A stretch of 64,000 nucleotides of DNA from Pseudonocardia sp. (GTDB lineage: Bacteria > Actinomycetota > Actinomycetes > Mycobacteriales > Pseudonocardiaceae): assembly GCA_036265695.1 (NCBI GenBank), contig DATAOO010000377.1:11716-75715 (forward strand), given 5' to 3'. The notes below the pieces were generated by a model, which was not told where the DNA came from, made no database searches, and worked only from the letters and a program-made list of their open reading frames with translations. The position numbers and the translations under genes are program-made. Every line of letters starts with the position of its first letter. Within the stretch, counting starts at the first letter, position 1. Shown here in pieces: positions 40,442-49,214 of the stretch.

Positions 40442-41209
40442 GTGACAATCACCGAGTCAGTCACCGAGACCACCACTGATCAGCACGCTGCGTTCGAACA
40501 GCGCACGGTCCGACCGCTGGGCCGCGTGCTCGTCACCGGCGCCGCGTCGGGACTCGGCCGGGCCGTCGCCGCCGCGGTCGCGGCGGCGGGCGGGTCGCCG
40601 CTCCTGCTCGACCGGGTCGAGCCGCGCACGGACGCGGTGCCCGCTCTCGCCGACGCGCCCGCGGTCGTCGTCGACCTCGCCGAGACCCGCGCCGCCGAGG
40701 ACGCGGTGCGCGCGCTCGCCGGGGAAGGGCTCGACGCGGTCGTCGCCGCGGCGGGCACCGACGCGTGTGGGCGGATGGCGGAGGTGCCCGGTGCCGAATG
40801 GGACCGCGTCGTGCAGGTGAACCTGCTCGGCACGGCCGCCGTGGTGCGGGCCGCGCTGCCCGCGCTGCAGGCGAGCCGGGGGCGCATCGTCACCGTCGCG
40901 TCGACGCTCGGGCTGCGCGCCCTGTCGGACGCCAGCGCCTACTGCGCGTCCAAGTTCGGGGTGGTCGGCATGACCCGGGCGCTCGCGATCGAGCTGCAGG
41001 GCCAGGTCGGCGTCACTCTCCTCGTGCCGGGTGGCATGAACACCGCGTTCTTCGACGACCGCACCGAGCAGTACCGCCCCGGGCCGAGCGCGATGCTCAA
41101 CGACCCGAACGAGGTGGCCGACGCCGTGCTGTACGCGCTGGGCAGGCCCGCGGGCTGCGAGGTCCGCGAGCTCATCATCACGCCGTCGGTGGAGCCGTCG
41201 TGGCCGTGA
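40442..41209 (+). CDS. SDR family oxidoreductase
   Basis: TGAASGLG, YCASKF; GGAGG RBS. Confidence 0.87.
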   Translation: MTITESVTETTTDQHAAFEQRTVRPLGRVLVTGAASGLGRAVAAAVAAAGGSPLLLDRVEPRTDAVPALADAPAVVVDLAETRAAEDAVRALAGEGLDAVVAAAGTDACGRMAEVPGAEWDRVVQVNLLGTAAVVRAALPALQASRGRIVTVASTLGLRALSDASAYCASKFGVVGMTRALAIELQGQVGVTLLVPGGMNTAFFDDRTEQYRPGPSAMLNDPNEVADAVLYALGRPAGCEVRELIITPSVEPSWP

Positions 41210-42708
41210 CCGGTCCCGACGCGTTGGCGGTGGCCGCGGGCATCCCGCGGAAGGCGCCGCGGGTGCTCGTCGTGGGCGACGCCGTCCTCGACGGCTGGGT
41301 CAGCGGGCCCGCGCACCGCATCGGGCGCGATGGGCCGGTGCCGGTGGTCGAGCAGACCGACACCCGGGTCGCGCCCGGCGGGGCCGCGGGCACGGCGGCG
41401 GCGCTCGCCGCGCTCGGGGCGACGGTCGAGCTGGTCGCCGTCCTCGGCGACGACCACGACGGGCGGGTCCTGCGCCGCGCGCTCGCGACCGCGGGCGTGC
41501 GCACCGACCGCTGCGTGCTCGACCCCGCCCGGCCGACGGCGGCCAAGCGCCGCGTGCTCGCGGGCGATCCGCCGGAGCTGCCTGTCGCGCGGTTCGACGT
41601 CACCCCGCCCCCCGCCGGGCCCGCGGTGGCGCGCGCCCTGGCCGACCAGGTGGGGGTGGCGCTCGCCGACGGCGTGGACGCGCTGCTGGTGAGCGACTAC
41701 GGGCTCGGCTGTGCGGCCGAACCCGTTCGGAGCCTGATCGAGCGGCGGCGGGCGGAGCTCCCGCTCTTCGTCGTCGACGCGCACGCGCTCGCGCCCTGGT
41801 CGGAGCTGCGGCCCGACGCCGTCACCCCGAGCGTCGGCGAGGCCGCCGCGCTGCTCGGCGAGCCCGTCCCCGGTCGGGATCGGGTGCGCTGGGTCGAGGA
41901 CCGGCACCACCGGCTCGTGGACGCGGCCGGTGGGGCGGACGTCGTCGTCACGCTCGACGTCGACGGCGTGCTCCGGCTGCCCGCGGACCGGGCGGCCGAC
42001 CCGCACCGGGTGAAGGCCGCGGCCGCGGCGCCCGCCCGGTGGTGCAACGGGGCGGGCGACGTGTTCGCCGCCGCCTGGACCGCGGCCCGGTGCGTCGGCG
42101 CGGAGCACGACGTCGCGCTCACCGTCGCGCAGGCGGCGGCCGACGTCGTCGTCCTGCGCGCGGGCGTCACCGTGTGCGGCACGGCCGCGCTCACCGCCCA
42201 CCTCGCCCACGCCGACCCCGGCCGGGTGCTGAACCACCACGACCTGCTCGCCGTGCTCGCCGAACACCGGGCCGCGGGCCACCGCGTGGTCTTCACCAAC
42301 GGCTGCTTCGACGTCCTGCACCGCGGGCACGTGGCCTACCTGCGGCAGGCCCGCGCGCTGGGCGACGTGCTCGTGGTCGCGCTGAACAGCGACGCAAGCG
42401 TGGCGCGGCTCAAGGGGCCGACGCGCCCGGTGAACCCGCTGGTCGACCGGGCGGGCGTGATCGGCGCTCTCGCCGTGGTCGACCTCGTCACCGCGTTCGA
42501 CGCCGACAGCCCGGTGGAGCTGCTGCAGCTCGTGCGGCCGGACGTCTACGCGAAGGGCGGCGACTACACGCCCTCGATGCTGCCGGAGACCCCGGTCGTC
42601 GAGGCGCTGGGCGGCGAGGTGCACATCCTCGACTACCTCGCCGACCACTCCACGAGCGCGATCGTCGCGCGCGCCCAGCAGCCCGCGCCCGGCGCGGCCG
42701 CATCGTGA
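41206..42708 (+). CDS. hldE: bifunctional heptose kinase / heptose-1-phosphate nucleotidyltransferase (HldE/RfaE)
   Basis: PfkB domain (VVGD..LD, PGGAA, VSDYG, NGAGD) plus FTNGCFDVLHRGH, LNSDASV.RLKG..RP, KGGDY, HSTS. Confidence 0.88.
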   Translation: MTGPDALAVAAGIPRKAPRVLVVGDAVLDGWVSGPAHRIGRDGPVPVVEQTDTRVAPGGAAGTAAALAALGATVELVAVLGDDHDGRVLRRALATAGVRTDRCVLDPARPTAAKRRVLAGDPPELPVARFDVTPPPAGPAVARALADQVGVALADGVDALLVSDYGLGCAAEPVRSLIERRRAELPLFVVDAHALAPWSELRPDAVTPSVGEAAALLGEPVPGRDRVRWVEDRHHRLVDAAGGADVVVTLDVDGVLRLPADRAADPHRVKAAAAAPARWCNGAGDVFAAAWTAARCVGAEHDVALTVAQAAADVVVLRAGVTVCGTAALTAHLAHADPGRVLNHHDLLAVLAEHRAAGHRVVFTNGCFDVLHRGHVAYLRQARALGDVLVVALNSDASVARLKGPTRPVNPLVDRAGVIGALAVVDLVTAFDADSPVELLQLVRPDVYAKGGDYTPSMLPETPVVEALGGEVHILDYLADHSTSAIVARAQQPAPGAAAS

Positions 42709-43598
42709 ACGGCGTCCTGGTCGTCGGGGACGCCCTCCTCGACGTCGACGTCGCCGGGCGCGTCGAGCGCACCACGCCGGACGCGGGCCTGCCCGTGCTG
42801 GACGTGACCGACGAGGTCGAGCGGCCGGGCGGGGCCGCGCTCGCGGCCGCGCTCCTGGCCGAGAGCGGGGTGCCGGTCACGTTCGTCACGGCGCTGTGCG
42901 CGGACGACGCGGGCCGCAGGCTGCACACGCTGATCAGCCGGGCCGTCGACGTCGTGGTGGGCCCGGGCGAAGGCGGCACGGTCGTCAAGACCCGCCTGGC
43001 CGGGCTGGCCCGGGTGGACCGGGGTGACGGGCGGCCCGCTCCGGACTTCGGCGCGGCGGTCGACGCGCGCCTGCGGGCGGCGCTGCCCGACGTGGGCGCG
43101 GTGCTCGTCTCCGACTACGGGCGGGGGATCGCCGCCGACCCGGCGGTCCGCGCGGCGCTGGCCGCGGCCGTGCGGGCGGGCGTGCCGGTGGTGTGGGACC
43201 CGCACCCGCGCGGTCCCGCCCCCGTGCCGGGCGTGACCGTGGCGACGCCGAACCTGGCCGAAGCCAGGGCCGTCGCGGCAGGCGGCGGGCCGGAGCAGGT
43301 CGGCCGGGCCGTGCTGCGGTCCTGGTCGGCGGAGGCGGTCGCGGTGACCTGCGGCGCGCAGGGCGCGGTGCTGGTCCGGGCGGTCGGCGCGGCGGTCTCG
43401 GTCGCCGCGCCGCGGGTCTCGGGCGGCGACCCGTGCGGCGCAGGCGACGCCTTCGCGGGTGGGCTGGCCGCCGCGCTCGCCGACGGCCTGGGGTGCCCCG
43501 ACGCCGTCCGGCACGCCGTGCGCCACGCCGCCGGGTTCGTCGGCCGCGGCGGGGCGGGCGGGTTCGCCTGCCATCCCCCCGCGGTGCTCAGCGGTTGA
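42705..43598 (+). CDS. stand-alone PfkB kinase (HldE kinase-domain-like)
   Basis: VVGDALLD, RPGGAAL, VSDYGRG, TPNLAEA, DPCGAGD. Confidence 0.83.
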   Translation: MNGVLVVGDALLDVDVAGRVERTTPDAGLPVLDVTDEVERPGGAALAAALLAESGVPVTFVTALCADDAGRRLHTLISRAVDVVVGPGEGGTVVKTRLAGLARVDRGDGRPAPDFGAAVDARLRAALPDVGAVLVSDYGRGIAADPAVRAALAAAVRAGVPVVWDPHPRGPAPVPGVTVATPNLAEARAVAAGGGPEQVGRAVLRSWSAEAVAVTCGAQGAVLVRAVGAAVSVAAPRVSGGDPCGAGDAFAGGLAAALADGLGCPDAVRHAVRHAAGFVGRGGAGGFACHPPAVLSG

Positions 43599-43631
43599 CC
43601 CACTCGCCCCGTCGGTGTGCCGTCGGCGGGC

Positions 43632-44579
43632 TCAGCGGAGGGGTCGGCGCCCCGCGAGCAGCGCGTTCGCCACGTGCGTCACCTCGTCGACATCGACGCC
43701 GAGCAACGCCGGGTCGGGGTCGTCGGCGAACGGGTCGCCGCGGCGGCGGCCGGGGTCGGTGAGCACGACGTGCGGCCCGCCCTCGGGCGGCCCCCACCGG
43801 TCCGGCGGCTCCGGGCCGAACAGCACGACCGACGGTGTGCCGAGCGCGGTCGCGAGGTGCGCGATGCCCGTGTCGCCGCAGACCAACAAGGCCGCGCCCG
43901 CCACGACGTCCATGAGACCGGCGATGTCGGTGCGGCCTGCGAGCACCCGGTCGGCGGGCAGCCCGGCCCGCCGCGCGACCTCCCCGGCGAGCGGCGCCTC
44001 AGGCCCCGAGCCGGTGACGACCACCCGGCGGCCCGCGCGCTCCAGCCGTGCCGCGACGAGCGCGAACCGGTCGGCGGGCCAGCGCTTGGCGCCGTAGCCT
44101 GCGCCGGGGTGGACCACGACGTCGCCGACCAGGCCGCCCGGCTCCCGGCCGTCCAACGCGTAGTCGGTCGGGTCGGCGCACACCCCGAAGGCCTCGACGA
44201 CCGCGCACCAGCGCTCCCGCTCGTGCCGGTGCGCCCGCGCGATGTCGGCCCAGTCCGGGCCGGCCCAGCCGGGTGCGCGCACCCCGATGCGTTGCTGCGG
44301 GCGCGTCGCGTCGAGCGCGCGGTGGCTCTGCGGACCGACGCCGTGCAGGTTGACGACGACGTCGGGTGGCGGCCGGTCGCCCCACGCGAGCGCGTCCGGC
44401 GCGGGGGTCGGGAGGGTCTCGTCAACCGCTCCCGTCGCCCGGACCAGGGGTTCGAGCGCGGCGGGCCCGGCCAGCACGACGCGGTGGGTCGGGTAGCGCT
44501 TCCGGACGGCGCGCAGCGCGGGCACCGCCACGAGGAGGTCGCCCAGGCCCAACGCCCGCAGCACCAACAGCTCTTGCAC
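43632..44579 (-). CDS. GT9 (heptosyltransferase-like) glycosyltransferase
   Basis: RALGLGDLL, HPGAGYGAKRWP, GDTGIAHLATA, LFGP. Confidence 0.87.
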   Translation of the reverse strand: MQELLVLRALGLGDLLVAVPALRAVRKRYPTHRVVLAGPAALEPLVRATGAVDETLPTPAPDALAWGDRPPPDVVVNLHGVGPQSHRALDATRPQQRIGVRAPGWAGPDWADIARAHRHERERWCAVVEAFGVCADPTDYALDGREPGGLVGDVVVHPGAGYGAKRWPADRFALVAARLERAGRRVVVTGSGPEAPLAGEVARRAGLPADRVLAGRTDIAGLMDVVAGAALLVCGDTGIAHLATALGTPSVVLFGPEPPDRWGPPEGGPHVVLTDPGRRRGDPFADDPDPALLGVDVDEVTHVANALLAGRRPLR

Positions 44580-44588
44580 GGGCGTGGC

Positions 44589-44612
44589 GTACCCCGCCGC
44601 CCGCCCGGGTAG
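44589..44612. promoter_or_regulatory. overlapping divergent SigB/SigF-like -10 elements for GT9 and udgX
   Basis: minus GGGTAC (44594-44589) is 9 nt from GTG 44579; plus GGGTAG (44607-44612) is 9 nt from GTG 44622. Confidence 0.55.
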
Positions 44613-44621
44613 CCGTAGCCC

Positions 44622-45206
44622 GTGGCCGAGACTTTGGACTCCCTGCGGCAGGAAGCCGCGCACTGCACCCGCTGCGAGCTGTACGAGGCCGCGACGCAGA
44701 CCGTGTTCGGCGAAGGCAGCGCCGACGCCTGGCTGGTGCTGGTCGGCGAACAGCCCGGCGACCAGGAGGACAAGGCGGGCGAGCCGTTCGTCGGGCCCGC
44801 GGGCCGGGTGCTCGCCGAGGCGCTCGACCGCGTCGGCCTCGACCGAGCGGAGATCTACCTCACCAACGCCGTCAAGCACTTCCGCTTCGAGCAGCGGGGG
44901 CCGCGGCGCATCCACAAGACGCCGACCGTCACCCAGGTGCGCGCGTGCGGTCCGTGGCTGACCGGCGAGCTCGCCGCGGTCCGGCCGTCGGCGCTGGGCC
45001 TGCTCGGCGCCACGGCCGCCAAGGCCGTGCTGGGTCAGCAGTTCCGGCTGACCGTCGACCGCGGCAAGGTGCTCGACCACGACGGCACGCCGACGGTCGC
45101 CACCGCGCACCCGTCGGCGATCCTGCGGACACCTCCCGAGGAGCGCGACGCGGCCGTCGCCGCGTTCGTTGCGGACCTTGAAGTGCTCGCAGGCCTGCGC
45201 CCCTAG
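44622..45206 (+). CDS. udgX: UdgX family uracil-DNA binding protein
   Basis: CTRC Fe-S ligands, GEQPG, TNAVKHF, R-loop GPRRIHKTP, HPSAILR. Confidence 0.9.
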   Translation: MAETLDSLRQEAAHCTRCELYEAATQTVFGEGSADAWLVLVGEQPGDQEDKAGEPFVGPAGRVLAEALDRVGLDRAEIYLTNAVKHFRFEQRGPRRIHKTPTVTQVRACGPWLTGELAAVRPSALGLLGATAAKAVLGQQFRLTVDRGKVLDHDGTPTVATAHPSAILRTPPEERDAAVAAFVADLEVLAGLRP

Positions 45207-47086
45207 CGCCCGGGGCGATCCGGGTCCGGGGGGAGGATGCGGATGGCGAAGGCGACGACGTCGTCGGCCGAGCCCGTGCCCAGGCGGTCGACGAGGGTGT
45301 CGACCAGCTCGCGGGGTGGCCGATCGGCGAGCTCGGCGAACATCGTGCAGAGCCTGCTGATGCCCGTGTCGATGTCCTGGCCGCTGCGTTCGACCAGCCC
45401 GTCGGTGTAGAGCAGCACGGTCGTGCCGGGCGGGAGGTCGGCGGAGTGGTCGTGGCGGGGCAACCCGCGCAGGGCGGCGAAGCCGAACATCGCGTCGTGC
45501 GCGTCGAGCACCCGGACGGCGCCCTCGGGTGAGATCACCACCGGTGGCGGGTGCCCGGCGTTCGTCCAGCGCATCCGCCACCACCCCGTGAGCACGGGAT
45601 CCGGGCTCAGCCGCGCCAGCACCGCCGTGCCCGCCGCGGCGAGCCCGAGCCCGGCCGCGGCGTCCTCGAACGCGGTGAGCAGCGCCGACGGCGTCGCGTC
45701 CGCCAGCATCCACGCGGCTTGCCGCACCATCGACCGGACCTGGCCCATCACCGTCGACGCGGAGACGTTGTGGCCGACCACGTCCCCGACGGTGACCACC
45801 ACCGCCCGCTCGACGCCCGGCCCGGCGGGGAGCTCGATCGCGTCGTACCAGTCGCCGCCCACGTTGTCGCGCAGGTCCGCGGGCTGGTAGCGGGCGGCCC
45901 AGCCCAGGCCCGCCACCTCGGGCAGCTCGGTCAGCATGGCCTGCTGCAGCTCGTGCACCACCGCGATCCGGTTCTGCAGCCTGCCCGCCCGCTCCAGCGC
46001 CTGCGCGGCGAACCCGGCGATGGTCGCGATCGACAACAGCTCGAGGGGGTCCGCCCGGTGGGGGTGGTCCCAGCCCAACACCAGAGCGCCCACTGGATCC
46101 GCCTCGCGCGGCAACGGCGCCACCACCACCGCGTGCAGCCCGAGGTCGCGCAGGTAGGCCTGCACGACGGGCGGGTTGTGGTCGGCGAACTCCGCACGGT
46201 CGGCGTAGGCCAGCACCCGCCGTCGGCGCATGGCCTCCGCCGAGGGCAACGGGGAGTCCTGCCAGCGGAACCCGTCCCACCCCGCGCGGTCGGCGAACCC
46301 GAGCGGCTCGGCCGGGTCGCGGAGCCGGTGCACCAGCCCGTCCGGCCCGACCAGCACGAGGCCCACGTAGGACGGGGCAAGACCGGTGTTCACCAGCGCG
46401 TCCACCCGGGCCTGGATGTCCTGCACCGAGACCGTGTTGGTGAACGCCTGCGACGCCTCCAAGAGCATCTGGCTGCGGCCGTGGGAGCGGCGCAGCGCGG
46501 CGTCCAGCTCGTCGCGGCGGGCCCGTTCGCTGGTGGCGGCGTGCTCGGCCAGCCGGAGCCGCAACTGCAGCGAGCACCCCCACGCCAGGTCCCGCAGCAC
46601 CTCGAGCTCGTCGGGGCTCCAGTCGCGGGGCTGGGTGTCGATCGCGCACAGCGCGCCCAGCACGCGGCCGTGCTGGTCGGTCAACGGCATCCCCGCGTAC
46701 GCCACCACGCCGAGCTCCGTGACCGCGGGGCTGCCCGCGGTCAGCTCCCGCTGTCGGCCGTCGGTGATCACCAAGGGCGCGTTGCCGGTGACGACGTGCT
46801 GGGAGATGGCGTGCGACAGCGGCGTGCACCGCGCGGCGTCCCACGGCCCGGCCGACCCCGGGCACACCTGCCGGTCCGACTCGACCAGGCTCACCAGCGC
46901 GAGCGGCACCCCGAGCAGCTTCCGCACCCGGTCGGCGACCGCGTCCATGTCCGGGTCCGGCGCGGCCGTCATGCCGAGGCGGGCCAGGGCCGCGGTCCGG
47001 TCGGGATCGCCGAGTGCCGCCGCATCGGCATGCCGCTCCGGCGTCGCACCCGCGTCCCCGGACACGTCGGTGATCGTTCCCCCCAC
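45203..47086 (-). CDS. GAF-GAF-PP2C (SpoIIE/RsbU-like) phosphatase
   Basis: GALCAID GAF; VGGDWYD, GDVVGH, NAGHPPP, YTDGLVE, DDV. Confidence 0.9.
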   Translation of the reverse strand: MGGTITDVSGDAGATPERHADAAALGDPDRTAALARLGMTAAPDPDMDAVADRVRKLLGVPLALVSLVESDRQVCPGSAGPWDAARCTPLSHAISQHVVTGNAPLVITDGRQRELTAGSPAVTELGVVAYAGMPLTDQHGRVLGALCAIDTQPRDWSPDELEVLRDLAWGCSLQLRLRLAEHAATSERARRDELDAALRRSHGRSQMLLEASQAFTNTVSVQDIQARVDALVNTGLAPSYVGLVLVGPDGLVHRLRDPAEPLGFADRAGWDGFRWQDSPLPSAEAMRRRRVLAYADRAEFADHNPPVVQAYLRDLGLHAVVVAPLPREADPVGALVLGWDHPHRADPLELLSIATIAGFAAQALERAGRLQNRIAVVHELQQAMLTELPEVAGLGWAARYQPADLRDNVGGDWYDAIELPAGPGVERAVVVTVGDVVGHNVSASTVMGQVRSMVRQAAWMLADATPSALLTAFEDAAAGLGLAAAGTAVLARLSPDPVLTGWWRMRWTNAGHPPPVVISPEGAVRVLDAHDAMFGFAALRGLPRHDHSADLPPGTTVLLYTDGLVERSGQDIDTGISRLCTMFAELADRPPRELVDTLVDRLGTGSADDVVAFAIRILPPDPDRPGR

Positions 47087-47166
47087 GCACGTACTCCTCG
47101 ACCCAACCCCGCAGGGTCTACCTCAGGCGGGGGCATCGTGCCAAGCGGGGCGCTACGGTCTCCGCC

Positions 47167-47631
47167 GTGCGGGTCCGAGTGGGCGAGCCGTCCGACGCGT
47201 CGTTCATCGTGACCATGGCCCAGCTCGCCTCGGTGATCGAGGACGATCCGCTGCCCCCGGTCGACGATCCCGCGCTGCTCCTCGGGCTTCCCCCGGCACC
47301 GGACACGGCGGTGGTGGCGCTCGATGGCGACGAGCGTCCGATCGGGGCGGCCTGGTGGCACATCCGGGATCGGTCGTTGGTCGTGACGCCGGACGGCGCA
47401 CCGGTCCCCGAGGTCGTCGTCGCGGTGGTGCCCGCCGCCCGCGGTCGCGGCGTCGGTCGTCGGCTGCTCGACGCCCTCGCGGCCCGCGCCGCCGAGCGCG
47501 GCCACGACCGGCTGGCCCTCAACGTCCACATCCGCAACCCCGCCGCCCACCTCTACAGCCGTGCGGGTTTCGTCGTCGCGGGGAAGGGCCGGGGGCCGCT
47601 CGGCGTCGCGATGGTCCGGGAGCTGCGGTAG
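47167..47631 (+). CDS. GNAT family acetyltransferase
   Basis: V.PAARGRGVGRRLL, NPAAHLYSRAGF. Confidence 0.8.
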   Translation: MRVRVGEPSDASFIVTMAQLASVIEDDPLPPVDDPALLLGLPPAPDTAVVALDGDERPIGAAWWHIRDRSLVVTPDGAPVPEVVVAVVPAARGRGVGRRLLDALAARAAERGHDRLALNVHIRNPAAHLYSRAGFVVAGKGRGPLGVAMVRELR

Positions 47632-47640
47632 GAAGGCCCC

Positions 47641-48137
47641 ATGCCGTTGCCCGAGGTGCTGGTGGACCTCGACCGCACCACGGGGGGCATGCTCACGCTA
47701 CCGCCGCGGCAGGGCAGCGACCGCGGCGGCTGGCACGCGGGCACCGCGGACACGTTGTGGCGCAACGCCGAGCTGACCCGCGAACGCGGCGCGGAGCTGC
47801 TCGTCGTGCCCTCGGCGGACGCGGTGCACAAGCTCGACTACCGCGAGGTCGTCGAGGCGCACCTGCAGGGCGGCCAACAGCTCACGATGGTGACGACGCA
47901 GGTCGCGGCGGCGGTGCTGGATCGCCTGGAGGCGCTCGCGCGGGACCGGGCAACGACGGCCTCGACGACCTCGGCGACCATCTGCTGCCGGACCTGCTCG
48001 ACGACGGGTTGGCGCGCAGCTGGGCGTTGGAGGGCTACTGGCGCGACGTCGGCACGGTGGAGGCGTACTGGCAGGCGCACCAGGAGTTCCTGGAGGAGAC
48101 GCCGCCGCTGCTGCCGGGAGCGATCGTGCCGACGTGA
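47641..48137 (+). pseudogene. glgC: glucose-1-phosphate adenylyltransferase remnant
   Basis: DLDRTTGG, GTADTLWRN and SADAVHKLDY in one frame; DLGDHLLP and GYWRDVGTVEAYW in another; N-terminus, core and beta-helix are missing. Confidence 0.78.
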
Positions 48138-48160
48138 CGCCCGACGAGGTCGGCTTGCTC

Positions 48161-48196
48161 GCGGCAGCGGCAGCGGCAGCGGCAGCGGCAGCGGCA
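48161..48196. repeat. hexanucleotide microsatellite (GCGGCA)6
   Basis: read directly from sequence. Confidence 0.9.
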
Positions 48197-48241
48197 CCCG
48201 GTGCCGGCCCGGGCCGACCCACACGTCCGTAGGGTGCTTGC

Positions 48242-48886
48242 GTGCAGCCGCCCGCCGACCTCGAGACGGTCCGCGAATCCTACGACCGGGTCGCCGACGC
48301 CTACGTGGAGCTCGGCATGGGCCGGTTGGAGGCCGAGCCGTGGCTGCGGGCCGTGCTCGCCGCGTTCGCCGAGTCCGTCTGCGGGCTCGGCCCGGTGCTG
48401 GACGTCGGCTGCGGACCCGGCACGGTCACCGCGCACCTGACCGAGCTCGGTATCGACGCCTCGGGCGTCGACCTGTCGCCGCGGATGGTCGACCACGCCC
48501 GCAGGCAGTACCCCGACCTGCGGTTCTCCGTCGCTTCAGCGACCGAGCTCGACATTCCACCCGCGTCGCTCGGCGGCGTGCTCGGTTGGTGGTCGCTGTT
48601 CAACCTCCCGCGGGCGATGCTGCCCGGGGTGCTGCGGACCTTCGCCGAGGCGCTCGTCCCCGGGGGGCAGGCGTTGATCGGCACGCACGTGGGCGACGGC
48701 GACATCGCCCGCACCGAGAGCTACGGCGGCCTGCCGGTGTGCTGGACGACGCACCTCTACCGCCCCGAGGACGTGGCCGGGATGCTGGTCGCCGCCGGGC
48801 TCGAGGTGGTCGCCGAGCTGCGGCTGCCCGCGCATCCGCCGTCGATGCGGCCGCAGGTGCTGCTGGCGTCGCGGCGCCCGGGCTGA
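48242..48886 (+). CDS. class I SAM-dependent methyltransferase
   Basis: SYDRVADAY, LDVGCGPG, GVDLSPRM. Confidence 0.87.
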   Translation: MQPPADLETVRESYDRVADAYVELGMGRLEAEPWLRAVLAAFAESVCGLGPVLDVGCGPGTVTAHLTELGIDASGVDLSPRMVDHARRQYPDLRFSVASATELDIPPASLGGVLGWWSLFNLPRAMLPGVLRTFAEALVPGGQALIGTHVGDGDIARTESYGGLPVCWTTHLYRPEDVAGMLVAAGLEVVAELRLPAHPPSMRPQVLLASRRPG

Positions 48887-48949
48887 ACGGAGCGCTATCC
48901 ACCGCTCACCCGAACATCGTGCGCATCCGTCCCTGATATTTCGGACAAG

Positions 48950-49114
48950 TCATGCGGGCCAGAAGAGGCGCGTGGGCGCCGGGTCGGGGCCGTGGCCGGT
49001 CAGCAGCCGGAGCAACAGCTCGACCTGCTCGACGGTGGGCGGCGGCGTCGGCAGGCCGCTGAGGATCCGGGCCAGGAACGGCCCCAGGATCCGGGCGGCT
49101 TCCTCCTCGGTCAC
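48950..49114 (-). CDS. small hypothetical protein
   Basis: VTEEEAARILGPFLARIL...; GC3-rich short ORF. Confidence 0.4.
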   Translation of the reverse strand: MTEEEAARILGPFLARILSGLPTPPPTVEQVELLLRLLTGHGPDPAPTRLFWPA

Positions 49115-49214
49115 ACCACGGATGGTGCCCTGCCCCGCCCGCCTCTTCATACGTCTGTTCGGGCAGTTCACGCGGCGAGCACGGGACGTCACCCCGTCGG
49201 CGCTCGGTGGCGGA

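Noticed and set aside
31816-44579. LPS core locus or septacidin-type antibiotic cluster
   Set aside because: No lipid A/Kdo genes and the context is actinobacterial; no NRPS, acyl-transfer or nucleoside-tailoring genes are present
43632-47090. 1152-aa minus-strand ORF as a giant fusion
   Set aside because: Only the last 315 aa (GT9) are real; the rest overlaps udgX and the phosphatase in non-coding frames
47641-48936. 431-aa ORF with GSGSGS linker as a fusion protein
   Set aside because: Read-through of the glgC remnant across a microsatellite into a wrong frame of the methyltransferase gene
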